This document shows positions 1-6,656 of a stretch of 10,981 nucleotides of DNA, one piece after another; positions within the stretch are counted from its first letter, which is position 1; every line of letters begins with the position of its first letter. The translations under genes and the position numbers were made by a program. Below the pieces are notes generated by a model, which ran no database searches, was not told where the DNA came from, and saw only the letters and a program-made list of their open reading frames with translations. The stretch is from a virus (Duplodnaviria > Heunggongvirae > Uroviricota > Caudoviricetes), in the IMG/VR virus record IMGVR_UViG_2778261688_000005, positions 1 through 10,981 of that record; one strand, given 5' to 3'.

Positions 1-753
1 GACAGGCGTGTCATCAGCATGGAGCTTACCGTCAGTCAGCACATAGTCCTGAAGCGCTTCTTCCAGCGGTGACAGTAGCCGGCAGCATGCATCCACCCAG
101 CCCGACAGCAGTGAACGACTCAGCTCCACGCCCTGGCGGCCGTACATTTCAGACTGGCGGTACAGCGGGGTGTGCTCTGCATACTTTGAGATCAGCACGC
201 GGGCCAGCAGCCCCGGTCCTGCGATACCCCGCTCGATGGGCCGTGAAGGCGCGGGGGCCTGCACGATGGCATCGCACTGAGTACAGGCATGCTTTTCACG
301 TACAGTCCGGATAACCCGGAAGGCGCTGCGCATCAGCTCCAGCTGTTCGGCGGCATCCTCACCCAGATAGCTCAGCGAGCCTCCACATTCCGGGCAGCAT
401 GACGCTGCCGGCAGCAGCCGTTTTTCATCGCGGGGGAGTGATTCGGGGAACGGTTTGCGGGTGCGGGTTTGACGCAGCGGGCGCTGCACGGCCGGGTCGT
501 CAACCCGACCGGTAAGGGTATCACTTTCTTTCTGAAGTGCCTTCAGGTCAGCTTCCATCTGTGCGATACGACGGGAGACTTTTTCCGAGCGGCTGCCGAA
601 GTTCATCCGGCGCAGCTTATCCAGCTGTGCCTGCAGATGGTCTATTTCGCGTTCACGCTCGTTCAGCTTTTCCTGCAGGGCACGGTTCAGCGCCTCCTGT
701 TCGGCAAGGAGACGTTTCAGTGCATTGATATCGTCAGGAAGTGAGCTGCTCAT
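1..753 (-). CDS. tnpC: IS66-family transposase TnpC, N-terminal 251 codons (3' end beyond window start)
   Basis: Reverse complement of 751-753 is ATG, followed by MSSSLPDDINA... The antisense of plus ORF 469..744 gives the leucine-rich coiled-coil region (LKRLLAEQEALNRALQEKLNEREREIDHLQAQLDKLRR) and a CxxC zinc-finger-like stretch typical of IS66 TnpC. No stop codon occurs in this frame down to position 1. Confidence 0.8.
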   Translation of the reverse strand, partial: MSSSLPDDINALKRLLAEQEALNRALQEKLNEREREIDHLQAQLDKLRRMNFGSRSEKVSRRIAQMEADLKALQKESDTLTGRVDDPAVQRPLRQTRTRKPFPESLPRDEKRLLPAASCCPECGGSLSYLGEDAAEQLELMRSAFRVIRTVREKHACTQCDAIVQAPAPSRPIERGIAGPGLLARVLISKYAEHTPLYRQSEMYGRQGVELSRSLLSGWVDACCRLLSPLEEALQDYVLTDGKLHADDTPV

Positions 754-801
754 ACCGGGTATATTACCAGGCTCATTCAGCGTCGACCAGGATAAAGAGG
801 C

Positions 802-1149
802 TTACAACATAGTCAGGGACGTAAGCAGTCTTTTAGGCTGCCGCCAGTCGATACCTTCCAGCAGCATCGCCAGCTGTGCCGGTGTGAGGAACACTTTGCC
901 ATCCCGGGCTGACGGCCAGGCGAAGCGGCCGCGCTCCAGCCGTTTGGTCAGCAGACACAGTCCATCGCCGGTAGACCAGAGGAGCTTTACCTGACTGCCA
1001 TTACGCCCACGGAAGATAAAAACGTGACCTGACATCGGATCGTCTTTCAGCGTCGTCTGCACCTTTGCCGCCAGGCCGTTGAAGCCGTTTCTCATATCGG
1101 TGATGCCAGCGACCAGCCAGATCTTTGTCCCTGATGGTAATGGGATCAA
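802..1149 (-). CDS. tnpB: IS66-family accessory protein TnpB (IS66 Orf2)
   Basis: 115-aa ORF MIPLPSGTKIWLVAGITDMRNGFNGLAAKV... has the length and signature of IS66 Orf2. It overlaps tnpA by 4 nt, as is usual for IS66 orfA/orfB. Confidence 0.85.
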   Translation of the reverse strand: MIPLPSGTKIWLVAGITDMRNGFNGLAAKVQTTLKDDPMSGHVFIFRGRNGSQVKLLWSTGDGLCLLTKRLERGRFAWPSARDGKVFLTPAQLAMLLEGIDWRQPKRLLTSLTML

Positions 1150-1550
1150 CGTTTGAGCTCCCGTATCAGCAGGTTCAGGATATTTTCGCTGATGGCACCA
1201 TTCAGACGGAGTGATCCGTGCCGGAACGTCACTTCACAGCTGATATTGAGTGATTCAGGTGTCGCAGCAGCTACAGGTTGTGACCGGGGGGAGGTTGTAG
1301 GGACAACATCTTCGGCATCAAGTGTTATCGGGAGCAGCTCAGGCACGTTGTTTTCTGTTGTTGAAGGAGGACGTAGTTTTCCTTCGCGCCAGTACTGGCG
1401 CCACTTGAACAGCAAATTATCGTTGATCCCATGCTCACGAGCGAGTTGCGCTACGGAGATCTCTGGTCGATGCGAGAGTTCAACCATTTTGATTTTGAAC
1501 TCAACGGGATAATTAGGGCTTTTTTTACGCACTGCGGTTAATGATTTCAT
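1146..1550 (-). CDS. tnpA: IS66-family TnpA (IS66 Orf1, helix-turn-helix protein)
   Basis: 134-aa ORF MKSLTAVRKKSPNYPVEFKIKMVELSHRPEISVAQLAREHGIN... with an HTH-like N-terminus, first gene of the IS66 triad, about 80 bp inside the putative IR. Confidence 0.85.
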   Translation of the reverse strand: MKSLTAVRKKSPNYPVEFKIKMVELSHRPEISVAQLAREHGINDNLLFKWRQYWREGKLRPPSTTENNVPELLPITLDAEDVVPTTSPRSQPVAAATPESLNISCEVTFRHGSLRLNGAISENILNLLIRELKR

Positions 1551-1599
1551 GGATTGCGTCCACCATATTTGGTGTCCACTATTCTCTCAGGAATTTCAG

Positions 1600-1631
1600 G
1601 ATCTGCCAGACGGTGCTGAGACGACGCTTAC
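1600..1631 (-). repeat. Putative terminal inverted repeat of the IS66-family element
   Basis: Reverse complement starts GTAAGCGTCGTCTCAGCACCGTCTGGCAG. The partner repeat lies outside the window, so this cannot be confirmed here. Confidence 0.45.
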
Positions 1632-1733
1632 GATAAAGACGGCTTTCTTGCCACAAATGGCAGCACGTTAACCATTCAGTCAAATGGTGCGGCGTTTACT
1701 GCCACAACCATCAAGATAATCGCGGAGCAGTAA
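1632..1733 (+). pseudogene. 3'-terminal 33-codon remnant of an upstream phage gene (probably the tail needle / P22 gene 26 equivalent), truncated by the IS66 insertion
   Basis: Open frame from 1632 (first base outside the IS terminus) to TAA at 1731-1733 encodes DKDGFLATNGSTLTIQSNGAAFTATTIKIIAEQ*. The stop overlaps the next ATG (TAATG), which is typical operon coupling. Identification as tail needle is by synteny only (P22 order 26-14-7-20-16). Confidence 0.4.
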
Positions 1734-2188
1734 TGATTCAGTTCAAACCAACGCGAAACATCGACCTGATCGAAGCAGTCGGAAATCACCCTGACATTAT
1801 TGCCGGGAGCAACAACGGTGATGGATACGACTACAAACCTGATTGCCGTTACTTTGAGGTGAACGTGCACGGGCAGTTCGGCGGCATTGTTTACTATCAG
1901 GAGATTCAGCCGCTGACATTAGATTGCCACGCCATGTACCTGCCAGAGATTCGCGGCTTCAGCAAGGAAATTGGGCTGGCGTTCTGGCGATACATTCTGA
2001 CTAACACCACCGTTCAGTGCGTCACATCGTTCGCCGCACGCAAATTCCGCCACGGTCAGATGTACTGCGCAATGATTGGCCTTAAGCGTGTAGGAACCAT
2101 CAAGAAATACTTCAAAGGCGTGGATGACGTGACTTTTTACAGCGCCACACGAGAAGAACTAATCGACTTCCTGAATCACGGGAGATAG
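1733..2188 (+). CDS. P22 gene 14-like protein (151 aa)
   Basis: ORF sits immediately upstream of the gp7/gp20/gp16-like cassette, in the position of P22 gene 14. GGAG lies 5 nt upstream of the ATG, and the start overlaps the preceding stop. Confidence 0.7.
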   Translation: MIQFKPTRNIDLIEAVGNHPDIIAGSNNGDGYDYKPDCRYFEVNVHGQFGGIVYYQEIQPLTLDCHAMYLPEIRGFSKEIGLAFWRYILTNTTVQCVTSFAARKFRHGQMYCAMIGLKRVGTIKKYFKGVDDVTFYSATREELIDFLNHGR

Positions 2189-2190
2189 CC

Positions 2191-2883
2191 ATGTTATATG
2201 CATTTAAGCTGGGCAGAAAACTGCGCGGCGAGGAACCTTATTGCCCTGAAAAGGGTGGGAAAGGTGGCAGTTCTGATAAAAGCGCAAAGTATGCAGCAGA
2301 AGCTCAGAAGTATGCCGCAGACCTGCAAAATCAGCAGTGGCAGACGATCATGAAAAACCTTGCTCCGTTCACGCCGCTTGCGGAGCAGTATGTTAACCAG
2401 CTTCAGAACCTTTCCAGTTTAGAAGGACAGGGTCAGGCACTTAATCAGTATTACAACTCTCAGCAGTATAAAGACCTTGCAGGCCAGGCTCGTTACCAGA
2501 GTCTTGCTGCTGCGGAGGCTACGGGAGGACTTGGTTCGACAGCCACAAGCAATCAACTTGCTACGATCGCGCCGACTCTCGGTCAGTCTTGGTTATCAAA
2601 CCAGATGAGCAATTACAACAATCTGGCAAACGTTGGGCTTGGTGCTCTGCAAGGTCAGGCAAACGCCGGGCAGACGTACGCCAACAACATGAGCAGCATT
2701 GCACAGCAAAGCGCAGCTCTTGCCGCTGCTAATGCCAACAAACCATCAAGTCTTCAGACAGCAATTAGTGGCGGAACGTCTGGTGCGATTGCCGGTGCAG
2801 GTCTTGCCAGCCTTTTGGGAACATCAACACCTTGGGGCGCTGGCATTGGTGCTGGTATCGGATTGCTTGGCTCGTTGTTTTAA
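2191..2883 (+). CDS. Ejection (internal virion) protein, P22 gp7-like (230 aa)
   Basis: GGGAG is 6 nt upstream of the ATG. The size is close to P22 gp7 (about 229 aa). The C-terminus is Gly/Ala-rich and hydrophobic (GAIAGAGLASLLG...GAGIGAGIGLLGSLF), consistent with a membrane-inserting segment. Position is second in the 14-7-20-16 order. Confidence 0.75.
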   Translation: MLYAFKLGRKLRGEEPYCPEKGGKGGSSDKSAKYAAEAQKYAADLQNQQWQTIMKNLAPFTPLAEQYVNQLQNLSSLEGQGQALNQYYNSQQYKDLAGQARYQSLAAAEATGGLGSTATSNQLATIAPTLGQSWLSNQMSNYNNLANVGLGALQGQANAGQTYANNMSSIAQQSAALAAANANKPSSLQTAISGGTSGAIAGAGLASLLGTSTPWGAGIGAGIGLLGSLF

Positions 2884-2892
2884 GGGGTAATC

Positions 2893-4188
2893 ATGGCTAC
2901 TTGGCAAGGATCAAATGGCGGATTGTTAGCTGGTATCGGCGGCGTCAACTCAAACGCTCCGAGCGTAAATGACATCGGCAATACGCTTCAGCTTATCAGG
3001 CAGAACAATGATATTGAGCGTTCAGGCGCTAACAATGTTGGGCTGACTGCTTTGCAAGGCCTTTCAGGTATTGCGGGGGTGTTTCAGCAGGAAAAGCAGG
3101 CTCAGCGGCAGAAAGAATTTCAGCAGGCATACGCTAATGCTTATGCGTCTGGTGATCGCGGTGCTTTGCGTCAGTTGGCTACTCAATATCCAGACCAGAT
3201 TGAATCCGTTCGTAAAGGCATGGGATTCATTGATGAAGATCAGCGTAATTCTATCGGCACCTTAGCGGCTGGCGCACGCCTTGCGTCATCGTCTCCAGAA
3301 GCAATGCAATCATGGCTGCAAAACAACGCCAAGGAACTGACTCGCGTCGGTGTTGACCCTAATAACGTTGCTCAGATGTATCAGCAGAACCCTTCAGGAT
3401 TTGGTGAGTTTGTTGATCACCTTGGAATGGCTGCTCTTGGTCCGATTGATTACTTCAATGTTCAGGACAAGATGGCTGGTCGTGAAATTGACCGAGGCAG
3501 GCTGGCAGAGACAATCCGCAGCAATCAGGCTGGAGAAGCACTAACAGCGCGTGGTCAGGACATCCAGATACGTGGACAGAACATCAGCGCACAGAATGCT
3601 GCTCTTTCCCGCGAAATACAAAGAGCAGAATTACAAGAAAAGGCTCTGGACAGACAGATAGCCAGAGAAAGCAATCAGTTAAAGCTTGAAGAGCTAAAAC
3701 AGAAACAGGCAGATGTTCGGCAAAAGGCTGACATAGCCCGCGCTGACAGGCAGGCCGCCGCTCAGGGTGCAGTTGATACGTTCAGCACAGCACTTGATTC
3801 TCTCAACGAGATAGAGCAAAGCCCCGGCCTTTCAAAAGCAGTAGGAATTCGCTCAGCGTTTCCAACAGTTCCTGGCTCTGATGCGGCTAACTTTGAAGCA
3901 AGGCTCGACACCTTTAAAGCTCAAACTTTCCTTCCTATGGTGCAGTCCCTTAAGGGTATGGGGGCTCTTTCAGATGCTGAGGGTAAAAAATTATCCGATG
4001 CGGTTGGTGCCCTAAGCCCCAAAATGAGCGAAAAGGCTTTTCGTGACTCTATCGGAAAGATTAGAAATCAGCTTGAAAGCAAGTTGAGCACTGTTAAAAA
4101 ACAGTTTGATTATCAGGATCCAGTACAGAATACGCCAGGACAACAATCTCCTGCTGGCAGTAACTTTTCTTCACTATGGGGTGATTAA
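2893..4188 (+). CDS. Ejection protein, P22 gp20-like (431 aa)
   Basis: AAGGGG ribosome-binding site upstream. Contains a long charged coiled-coil-like segment (REIQRAELQEKALDRQIARESNQLKLEELKQKQADVRQKADIARADRQ). Third in the syntenic cassette; its stop overlaps the next start (TAATG at 4186-4190). Confidence 0.75.
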   Translation: MATWQGSNGGLLAGIGGVNSNAPSVNDIGNTLQLIRQNNDIERSGANNVGLTALQGLSGIAGVFQQEKQAQRQKEFQQAYANAYASGDRGALRQLATQYPDQIESVRKGMGFIDEDQRNSIGTLAAGARLASSSPEAMQSWLQNNAKELTRVGVDPNNVAQMYQQNPSGFGEFVDHLGMAALGPIDYFNVQDKMAGREIDRGRLAETIRSNQAGEALTARGQDIQIRGQNISAQNAALSREIQRAELQEKALDRQIARESNQLKLEELKQKQADVRQKADIARADRQAAAQGAVDTFSTALDSLNEIEQSPGLSKAVGIRSAFPTVPGSDAANFEARLDTFKAQTFLPMVQSLKGMGALSDAEGKKLSDAVGALSPKMSEKAFRDSIGKIRNQLESKLSTVKKQFDYQDPVQNTPGQQSPAGSNFSSLWGD

Positions 4189-6185
4189 TGGCTAAAGCAT
4201 GGAAAGATGTTATCGCCTCTCCACAGTATCAGGCGTTAGCACCAGAACAAAAAGCGCAGGCTCAGGAGCAATACTTCAATGAAGTCGTGGCCCCGCAAGC
4301 CGGAGAAAATGCAGAGCAGGCTAAGCAAGCTTTCTATGCAGCCTATCCATTGCCATCTGTGCAGCCAGTGGAGACACAGCAACCAGTAGCACAGCAACAA
4401 CCACAGCAAAGTGGATTTATGTCTGATCTTGGTGAAGCAGTGAAAGAGACTGGTCGCGGACTGGTGCAGGCTGGCGTGAACGTGGCAAACATACCTGCAT
4501 CAGTTGCCGATGCTGTAACAAGCGCGGCGGCTTGGGCTGGCGGTAAACTCGGCATTGGCGATGGTACATATCAACCAGCGCCACGAGTAACAACGCAGGG
4601 ATTAGAGCAGGACTTTGGCCTTCGGCAAGGTGCGCTGACTCCACAAACGACAGAGGGAAGGGTATTTGCTGAAGCATTGCCTTACCTCACTCCTGCTGGC
4701 GTTGAGAGAGCGGCGGTACAGGCACCAACACTTGCTGGTCGAATTGCTCATGGGGCAACTCGCCTTCTCGCAGAAAACGCAGTTGGATCACTTGCTGCAA
4801 ACAGTATGAAAGATGATGCGGAAGCACTCGCTACCGATTTAGGTGTTGGCGTTCTGGCAGGCGGCGCTATTAACGCTGCTGGACGTGGATTAGGTGCTGC
4901 TTATCGTGGCGTCCGCGGTGCTATTGCGCCAGAAGCGCAGCAAGCTATCAGATTTGCAGAGCGTGAAGGAGTTCCTCTGCACACCACAGACCTGTTACAA
5001 CCCACTTCCCGCGTCGGAAAAATGGCGCAGACTACAGCAGAAAATATCCCTCTGGCTGGCACAAGCGGAATGAGAGCAACGCAACAGGAAGCGAGAAGCC
5101 AGTTGGTGCAGAGATTTGCCGATAAATTCGGTGAGTATGATCCAGCGGTTGTTATTGACAGCCTTAAAGCGAAAACATCAGGAATTCGTCGTGCCGCCGG
5201 TAATCGACTGGAGCAGGTTCAGAATGCTATGGCTGGAGTAAACATTCAGCCTGCGCGAGCAATTCAGCAGATTGATACAGAAATATCTAACCTGCAGAAG
5301 CTTGGTAAGGTCGCCGATAACGAGACTATTTCAAAACTTCAGTCCTATCGTGATGAGCTTGTTCGCAATGCTGGTCCGGATGGTCCGGTAAATCTGGATT
5401 TGAAGCAATTAAGCGATCTGCGCAGCCAGTTCAGAATGGACGTGAAGGGGGAACGACCAGTGTTACCAAACCGTTCCGATGCTGCCATTCAGCGCGTTTA
5501 CAAGGCGATGACAGACGATATCAATGGTGCCATTGGTCAGAATCTTGGCAACGATACTCTCCGTAAATATCAGCAGGCCAATGCCGTCTACGCTGACGAA
5601 GCGGCGAAACTAAAGAATACCAGGCTGAAGAATGTTCTCATGAAAGGCGACCTGACGCCGGAAGTTGTCAACAACATGCTATTCAGCAAGAACAAATCGG
5701 AAATTAAGACGCTGTATAACTCAGTTGGTCGTGTTGGCAGGGCGCAAATGCGCAATGGCATCATTGGAAAGGCGATGGAGAAATCTGGCGGATCCCCTGA
5801 CCAGTTCCTTCGGCAGCTTAACATCCTGCAAAACCAGACTGGCATCACATTTAAAGGTCAGGAAGCCGCTTATCTGAAAGGATTGAAAAACTACCTGCAA
5901 TCCACGCAGCAGGCTGCAAAAGCAGCAGTAACAACACCAACAGGGCAGCAAACCATCCCGTTCATTATCGGGTATGGGACGGCAATGAACCCGGCGACAA
6001 CTGGCGCAGCGGTAAGCTACGGACTTCTTACTCGCGCCTATGAGAGCGAGCCATTCAGAAATGCAATGCTCCGAATGGCAAATACCCCACGCGGATCGAC
6101 AGCGTTTGAGAAAGCCATGCAGCAAGCGCAAAAAGCGATTAATGCACTGACGCAGGGTGCGAAGTCTGATTCGTTGTCAGAATAG
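4188..6185 (+). CDS. Ejection protein, P22 gp16-like (665 aa)
   Basis: Large Ala/Gln-rich protein, last gene of the cassette and translationally coupled to the gp20-like gene. The size is in the range of P22 gp16 (about 609 aa). Confidence 0.75.
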   Translation: MAKAWKDVIASPQYQALAPEQKAQAQEQYFNEVVAPQAGENAEQAKQAFYAAYPLPSVQPVETQQPVAQQQPQQSGFMSDLGEAVKETGRGLVQAGVNVANIPASVADAVTSAAAWAGGKLGIGDGTYQPAPRVTTQGLEQDFGLRQGALTPQTTEGRVFAEALPYLTPAGVERAAVQAPTLAGRIAHGATRLLAENAVGSLAANSMKDDAEALATDLGVGVLAGGAINAAGRGLGAAYRGVRGAIAPEAQQAIRFAEREGVPLHTTDLLQPTSRVGKMAQTTAENIPLAGTSGMRATQQEARSQLVQRFADKFGEYDPAVVIDSLKAKTSGIRRAAGNRLEQVQNAMAGVNIQPARAIQQIDTEISNLQKLGKVADNETISKLQSYRDELVRNAGPDGPVNLDLKQLSDLRSQFRMDVKGERPVLPNRSDAAIQRVYKAMTDDINGAIGQNLGNDTLRKYQQANAVYADEAAKLKNTRLKNVLMKGDLTPEVVNNMLFSKNKSEIKTLYNSVGRVGRAQMRNGIIGKAMEKSGGSPDQFLRQLNILQNQTGITFKGQEAAYLKGLKNYLQSTQQAAKAAVTTPTGQQTIPFIIGYGTAMNPATTGAAVSYGLLTRAYESEPFRNAMLRMANTPRGSTAFEKAMQQAQKAINALTQGAKSDSLSE

Positions 6186-6226
6186 CCTTTCAAACACCAG
6201 GAACGTGCAAAAACCAAATATGTAGA

Positions 6227-6254
6227 ATGCAATATTCATCATATCTCTTTGCAT
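6227..6254. promoter_or_regulatory. Second copy of the dyad motif (ATGCAA-N16-TTGCAT with internal CATCATATC) in the gp16 / mnt intergenic region
   Basis: ATGCAA 6227-6232, CATCATATC 6237-6245, TTGCAT 6249-6254. Same sequence elements as the 6609-6637 site, arranged differently. Confidence 0.25.
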
Positions 6255-6274
6255 AAATCCTCCGTAATGGATGG

Positions 6275-6535
6275 TTAGTTGCTGTCTTTTTTATATAGCT
6301 CCTTGAGCGTATCAAAGACAATTTTCTTAACCATATCAGATTGTTGTTCTGCCATACGCTCTGCATCGTCAATGTAAACTGATGCAGAGCTTTGTTTATC
6401 CAATGATTCTTCAATCGCTGCAATTATCTCTGAGTTCAGCGACCTGTTATTCATCTTCGCACGCTGCTTAATTTTCGCGTGGAGTTCATGCGGAAGTCTC
6501 AAGTGAAACTGCGCCTCGTCGTATTTGCTGTACAT
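6275..6535 (-). CDS. mnt: Mnt-like ribbon-helix-helix repressor (Arc/Mnt family); the ORF extends to an upstream ATG at 6568, but the internal ATG at 6535 aligns with the P22 Mnt start
   Basis: FHLRLPHELHAKIKQRAKMNNRSLNSEIIAAIEESL matches the RHH region of P22 Mnt as I recall it (HFNFRMPMEVREKLKFRAEANGRSMNSELLQIVQDAL). The C-terminus DDAERMAEQQSDMVKKIVFDTLKELYKK matches the Mnt tetramerisation helix (NDAERLADEQSELVKKMVFDTLKDLYKK). Confidence 0.8.
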   Translation of the reverse strand: MYSKYDEAQFHLRLPHELHAKIKQRAKMNNRSLNSEIIAAIEESLDKQSSASVYIDDAERMAEQQSDMVKKIVFDTLKELYKKDSN

Positions 6536-6608
6536 CCTTGATGCCTCACCAGTTGGGTGGAATGGCATCGTAACCTACTGGATAAATACTCAATAGTACC
6601 ATTTCGGT

Positions 6609-6637
6609 ATGCAATCACATCATGGTTGCATCATATC
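6609..6637. promoter_or_regulatory. Dyad element ATGCAA-N11-TTGCAT followed by CATCATATC in the mnt / tailspike divergent intergenic region; candidate operator and promoter region
   Basis: ATGCAA at 6609-6614 and its reverse complement TTGCAT at 6626-6631; the 9-mer CATCATATC at 6629-6637 is repeated on the other side of mnt. It lies between two divergently transcribed genes. Confidence 0.3.
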
Positions 6638-6656
6638 ATTCGTTTGGAGCAATGAA

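Larger units (their letters stand above)
1..1631 (-). mobile_element. IS66-family insertion sequence, partial (runs off window start); three-gene tnpA-tnpB-tnpC layout on the minus strand with outer terminus near 1631
   Basis: Minus strand carries three consecutive ORFs in the canonical IS66 order. The reverse complement of 1615-1631 reads GTAAGCGTCGTCTCAGC, which matches the GTAAGCG-type terminus I recall for IS66-family inverted repeats. The phage-like reading frame resumes at 1632. Confidence 0.8.

Noticed and set aside
69-994. Plus-strand ORFs 69..314, 469..744, 537..728 and 725..994 inside the IS66 region
   Set aside because: They are antisense or alternate-frame shadows of the minus-strand tnpC and tnpB genes. 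The antisense translation of the same DNA gives a recognisable IS66 transposase N-terminus, and these plus-strand products are low-complexity with no plausible start context.
1153-1512. Plus-strand 119-aa ORF overlapping tnpA
   Set aside because: Antisense to the well-supported IS66 tnpA gene; Ser/Arg-rich low-complexity product.
1676-1870. Minus-strand 64-aa ORF overlapping the start of the gp14-like gene
   Set aside because: Antisense to a syntenic, translationally coupled phage gene, with no ribosome-binding site and no recognisable fold signature.
2699-3544. Alternate-frame plus ORFs 2699..2890, 3071..3265 and 3350..3544
   Set aside because: Fully nested within the gp7-like and gp20-like coding frames; out-of-frame artefacts.
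4343-6423. Minus-strand ORFs 4343..4555, 4417..4677, 5588..5848, 5721..6131, 6038..6232 and 6190..6423, and plus ORF 5665..5877
   Set aside because: Shadow ORFs antisense or out of frame to the gp16-like gene and to mnt. Products are Cys/Arg-rich or low-complexity, and accepting them would require rejecting the homology-supported genes.
6609-6656. Upstream extension of the tailspike ORF ([16 protein letters not shown] before MSDITAN)
   Set aside because: P22-type tailspikes begin at the [10 protein letters not shown] motif, and the ATG at 6657 has GGAG 7 nt upstream. The 16 extra codons also overlap the dyad regulatory motif.
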